A DNA stretch of 55,485 nucleotides from Bacteroidales bacterium (lineage in GTDB: Bacteria; Bacteroidota; Bacteroidia; Bacteroidales; WCHB1-69). The DNA lies in assembly GCA_031253655.1 (NCBI GenBank), contig JAIRVY010000066.1, positions 1 through 55,485 on the forward strand, given 5' to 3'. The notes beneath the pieces are model-generated. The model worked only from the letters and a program-made list of their open reading frames with translations, made no database searches and was not told the origin of the DNA. The position numbers were made by a program, and so were the translations under genes. Position 1 is the stretch's first letter, and every line of letters begins with the position of its first letter. Shown here in pieces: positions 53,495-55,485 of this stretch.

Positions 53495-53507
53495 CCACGT
53501 TTTCTGA

Positions 53508-53536
53508 CCGGCAGGGAGTAAACAACTCCCTGCCGG
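53508..53536 (+). terminator. GC-rich hairpin between the giant gene and the OmpA-family gene (terminator, attenuator or RNA-stabilising element)
   Basis: Perfect 11-bp inverted repeat ccggcagggag (53508-53518) / ctccctgccgg (53526-53536) with the 7-nt loop taaacaa, starting 14 nt after the stop. No T-run follows on the plus strand, so termination may be partial. Confidence 0.45.
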
Positions 53537-53579
53537 AAGGTAAAACGAAAAAAGATGATTATTTAATAAAAACAAAAAT

Positions 53580-55193
53580 ATGAAAAAACACATTTTATTT
53601 TCGCTGTTAATCTTTTTTAGTATCCAATTAATTGCTCAGGAAAAAGGAGCCTACCTTACCATTTCGGGCGGAATGGGACCTTCAGGGATTACCTACAAAA
53701 TGACCGATGTTATTTTTGCTGACCCTAAGTGCCATCTCAAACTAGGCGGCCAAGCAGGATTTGGATTTAGCTACTATTTTACCAAATACCTTGGGCTTTC
53801 CCTCGGCGTAGACGTAGCACACTACCGAACACACGGAAAACTGATTGGAGAATTTATGAAGGGGAGGGGAGACGCATTTTATCTAGGTAGTTATACAGAT
53901 AACGACTATCCCTTTGGAACTCCGGAGACCGGATACATTAGGGAGTACGACCTGTTGGTAAGAACACGAAATTGGGTGGAGTGCCAATCGGTGCACCTCT
54001 TGGAAATTCCACTTATTGTCAATTTACAGAAGAAATTTGGAAAAAGCGAAGGTTTTGGACTCTATTTGGGACTTGGTGCAAAATTCCAACTCCCTATCCA
54101 ATCGAAATACTCGATACTTGATGGCAATAGTAAGGAGGATAAAAGATTGATGGTCTCAGGATATTATGCCGAAGGCAATTTGGAACTGCCTTATTTCAAA
54201 CCGGACGGAGAAATAAGTCCGGACATATCCACACACGGGTATGGCACAATCCACAATCCAAGCGAAAGGCTAACATTAGTAAACGACGGAAAATTAGATC
54301 TCAAATTTAATGTGTCATTAGTTGGCGAGGCAGGTATCATAGTCTCATTAAGCCGTAGAGTTGACCTCACCTTAGGCGGCTTTATTGACTATGGTTTGTT
54401 AAATATGAGAAATAATAATGAAAACCAAGCCCTCTTTACAGGGCCTGAAACCGACTATGTTTCCGGTGCAGAAAGAAATAATGTAGGAAAAGGAATTACT
54501 TATGGTTCTATTACGCAAAGTGAATATGTGAATAGAGTGAGCTCTATTTCCTATGGAGGCAAGGTAGGAGTGAGGATTAAACTCGGAAAACTTTCACAAA
54601 AACAACAGCAAGAAAGACAACGCGACACCGTTTATCTCGGTGGACAAGAATTCCCGATAGACTCTCTCTTGAAAGCGATTGAAGATTTGAAACAAAATCA
54701 ACCGCAACCCCTACCGTTACCAGTTGATTTTGACTCCATTTTGAAACCATACATAGATGCGTTAGATGACGCTATTAAGAAGATTCCCGCTTACTTACCG
54801 GATGAACACCTTGACTACTATCCTAATGTGTACCCCGATGAAGAAATGAGATTTTTGTTCGAACCCATCTATTTCGACCTCGATAAATCATTCTTGAAAA
54901 GTGAAGCCATTGAGATATTGAATAGGAAAGTTCAAATATTGAATAATTACAAGGATATTAGATTGATTATTTTCGGAAATACTTGCGATTTAGGAAACGA
55001 CCCGTACAACTTTAAATTGGGACTAAGAAGAGCAGAAGCAGCAAGAGATTATCTTGTAAATAATGGTATAGATGAAGGTAGAATACAAATAAGTACACTC
55101 TCAAGGTTCGAGCCTGAAAGACCTAACGTGGATGAATTTAACCGCACACATAACAGAAGAGACGACTTTAAACCCATATTTCCACGAAAATAG
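53580..55193 (+). CDS. OmpA-family outer-membrane protein: N-terminal beta-barrel-like domain, Q/P-rich linker, C-terminal OmpA/peptidoglycan-binding domain
   Basis: 537 aa. Signal peptide 'MKKHILFSLLIFFSIQLIAQE'. Alternating-hydrophobic beta-strand region ('LKLGGQAGFGFSYYFTKYLGLSLGVDVAHY', 'GLYLGLGAKFQLPI'). Linker 'QKQQQERQRD...QNQPQPLPLP'. OmpA-like C-terminus 'IYFDLDKSFLKSEAIEILN...IRLIIFGNTCDLGNDPYNFKLGLRRAEAARDYLVNNGIDEGRI'. Confidence 0.85.
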   Translation: MKKHILFSLLIFFSIQLIAQEKGAYLTISGGMGPSGITYKMTDVIFADPKCHLKLGGQAGFGFSYYFTKYLGLSLGVDVAHYRTHGKLIGEFMKGRGDAFYLGSYTDNDYPFGTPETGYIREYDLLVRTRNWVECQSVHLLEIPLIVNLQKKFGKSEGFGLYLGLGAKFQLPIQSKYSILDGNSKEDKRLMVSGYYAEGNLELPYFKPDGEISPDISTHGYGTIHNPSERLTLVNDGKLDLKFNVSLVGEAGIIVSLSRRVDLTLGGFIDYGLLNMRNNNENQALFTGPETDYVSGAERNNVGKGITYGSITQSEYVNRVSSISYGGKVGVRIKLGKLSQKQQQERQRDTVYLGGQEFPIDSLLKAIEDLKQNQPQPLPLPVDFDSILKPYIDALDDAIKKIPAYLPDEHLDYYPNVYPDEEMRFLFEPIYFDLDKSFLKSEAIEILNRKVQILNNYKDIRLIIFGNTCDLGNDPYNFKLGLRRAEAARDYLVNNGIDEGRIQISTLSRFEPERPNVDEFNRTHNRRDDFKPIFPRK

Positions 55194-55201
55194 GAACAAG
55201 C

Positions 55202-55232
55202 AAAGGGGCTGTCTTTAAACCACAGCCCCTTT
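55202..55232 (+). terminator. Rho-independent terminator after the OmpA-family gene
   Basis: Stem aaaggggctgt (55202-55212) / acagccccttt (55222-55232) with a 9-nt loop, followed by further T residues. It starts 9 nt after the stop at 55193. Confidence 0.7.
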
Positions 55233-55356
55233 TTCATGACTTTGTCAATGCGTATCCCAAATCACCTGTTTTGTGCGGTTTTTTTTGACAAAAAAATAAT
55301 TTATTGATATTCATATAATTAATGTTTTTCATTGTGCGTAATTGGGTGCCTCGGTG

Positions 55357-55364
55357 TATCTTTG
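55357..55364 (+). promoter_or_regulatory. Candidate Bacteroidota -7 promoter box (TAnnTTTG) just upstream of the edge ORF
   Basis: TATCTTTG ends 4 nt before the ATG at 55369. That would give a leaderless or near-leaderless transcript. Motif match only. Confidence 0.3.
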
Positions 55365-55368
55365 CAGC

Positions 55369-55485
55369 ATGTTTGTAAGATTAAAAGTTAATAGAAGTGG
55401 CAGTACGAGTGTTCTAATCGTTCAAAAGGTAGGGCGAGTTAATAAAGTGTTAAAAGTTATTGGTTGCTCTTTTGATGAATCAGAA
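55369..55485 (+). CDS. Partial ORF (first 39 codons, runs off the window): possible IS1634-like (IS4-superfamily) transposase N-terminus
   Basis: My own translation, since the ORF is too short for the track: 'MFVRLKVNRSGSTSVLIVQKVGRVNKVLKVIGCSFDESE'. The 'MF(V/I)R.K.N.SG..SV.(I/V)..K..G....(L/V)K.IG.S.D' opening matches my memory of Bacteroidota IS1634-family transposases. Only 39 aa are visible. Confidence 0.4.
   Translation, partial: MFVRLKVNRSGSTSVLIVQKVGRVNKVLKVIGCSFDESE

Noticed and set aside
11174-53494. The giant ORF as an NRPS/PKS megasynthase, an RHS/YD polymorphic toxin or an RTX-type adhesin
   Set aside because: I saw no adenylation, condensation or ketosynthase core motifs. I saw no YD/RHS repeats and no C-terminal toxin domain, since the C-terminus is a T9SS sorting domain. 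I also saw no GGxGxD RTX nonapeptides or T1SS signal. The content is beta-sandwich adhesin-type modules.
11174-53494. The possibility that the giant ORF is an assembly artefact created by collapsing or concatenating repeats
   Set aside because: I cannot exclude this without reads, but several points argue against it. Repeat copies are clearly diverged from each other. The subtype order a-b-c-d is never broken across 20 cycles. Junctions between different module classes are unique. The frame is intact from signal peptide to CTD. It is kept as a caveat in the main finding.
11231-53593. Dozens of 60-207-aa antisense or off-frame ORFs inside the giant gene, e.g. 11231-11776(-), 17471-17902(-), 23303-23752(-), 24170-24628(-), 39548-40039(-), 51061-51486(+), 51494-51928(-) and 52970-53593(-)
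   Set aside because: All are nested in the 42-kb coding frame. Their compositions are odd (Cys/Arg/His-rich or low complexity), and they lack start context and recognisable motifs. They cluster where local GC is higher. I treat them as shadow ORFs of a long gene.
53580-54600. The N-terminal domain of the OmpA-family protein as a PorP/SprF-type T9SS partner
   Set aside because: It lacks the features I associate with PorP/SprF family N-termini, such as the conserved Q-x-P-x-YSQY-like start. It looks like a generic OMP beta-barrel. I left it as a hypothesis to test by HMM rather than a call.
55049-55237. A minus-strand 62-aa ORF overlapping the 3' end of the OmpA-family gene and the terminator
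   Set aside because: It is antisense to a well-supported CDS and spans the terminator hairpin. It has no motifs and is likely spurious.

Overview
This window looks like a Bacteroidota chromosomal segment. The evidence is type-A T9SS C-terminal sorting domains, TAnnTTTG promoter boxes, A-rich leaders without Shine-Dalgarno sites, and roughly 40% GC by eye.

The left ~5.5 kb is housekeeping. It holds the 3' part of nuoN (+), then valS, kdsC and murA on the minus strand.

The other ~50 kb is a cell-surface locus, in this order:
- a 1,420-aa multidomain M6-family metalloprotease with a T9SS sorting domain (minus strand);
- a divergently oriented small orphan ORF (194 aa);
- one uninterrupted 42,321-nt ORF (11174-53494) encoding a 14,106-aa, ~1.5 MDa protein;
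- an OmpA-family beta-barrel/peptidoglycan-binding protein;
- a strong terminator;
- the first 39 codons of a probable IS transposase at the window edge.

The giant ORF is the main finding. It starts with a Sec signal peptide and ends with a type-A T9SS sorting domain. In between I count about 140 tandem beta-sandwich-like modules, arranged hierarchically:
- a non-repetitive head;
- 5 Ig/PKD-like units;
- a macro-block that occurs twice, made of an Ig-like unit, a ~750-aa unique module, a SprB-like repeat array, 3 cadherin-like repeats, and an array of ~78-aa two-cysteine 'FC..WY..YYA..CES' units. Copy A has 16 SprB-like units and 9 two-cysteine units. Copy B has 8 and 80;
- 4 copies of an unrecognised ~93-aa three-Cys repeat;
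- 8 PKD-like units;
- a unique tail and the sorting domain.

Both large arrays cycle through four unit subtypes. This gives ~1-kb super-repeats, 20 of them in the 18.8-kb array.

All domain names come from motif recognition by eye. No homology search was possible, and internal boundaries are good to about +/-30 nt. I saw no rRNA, tRNA or CRISPR.
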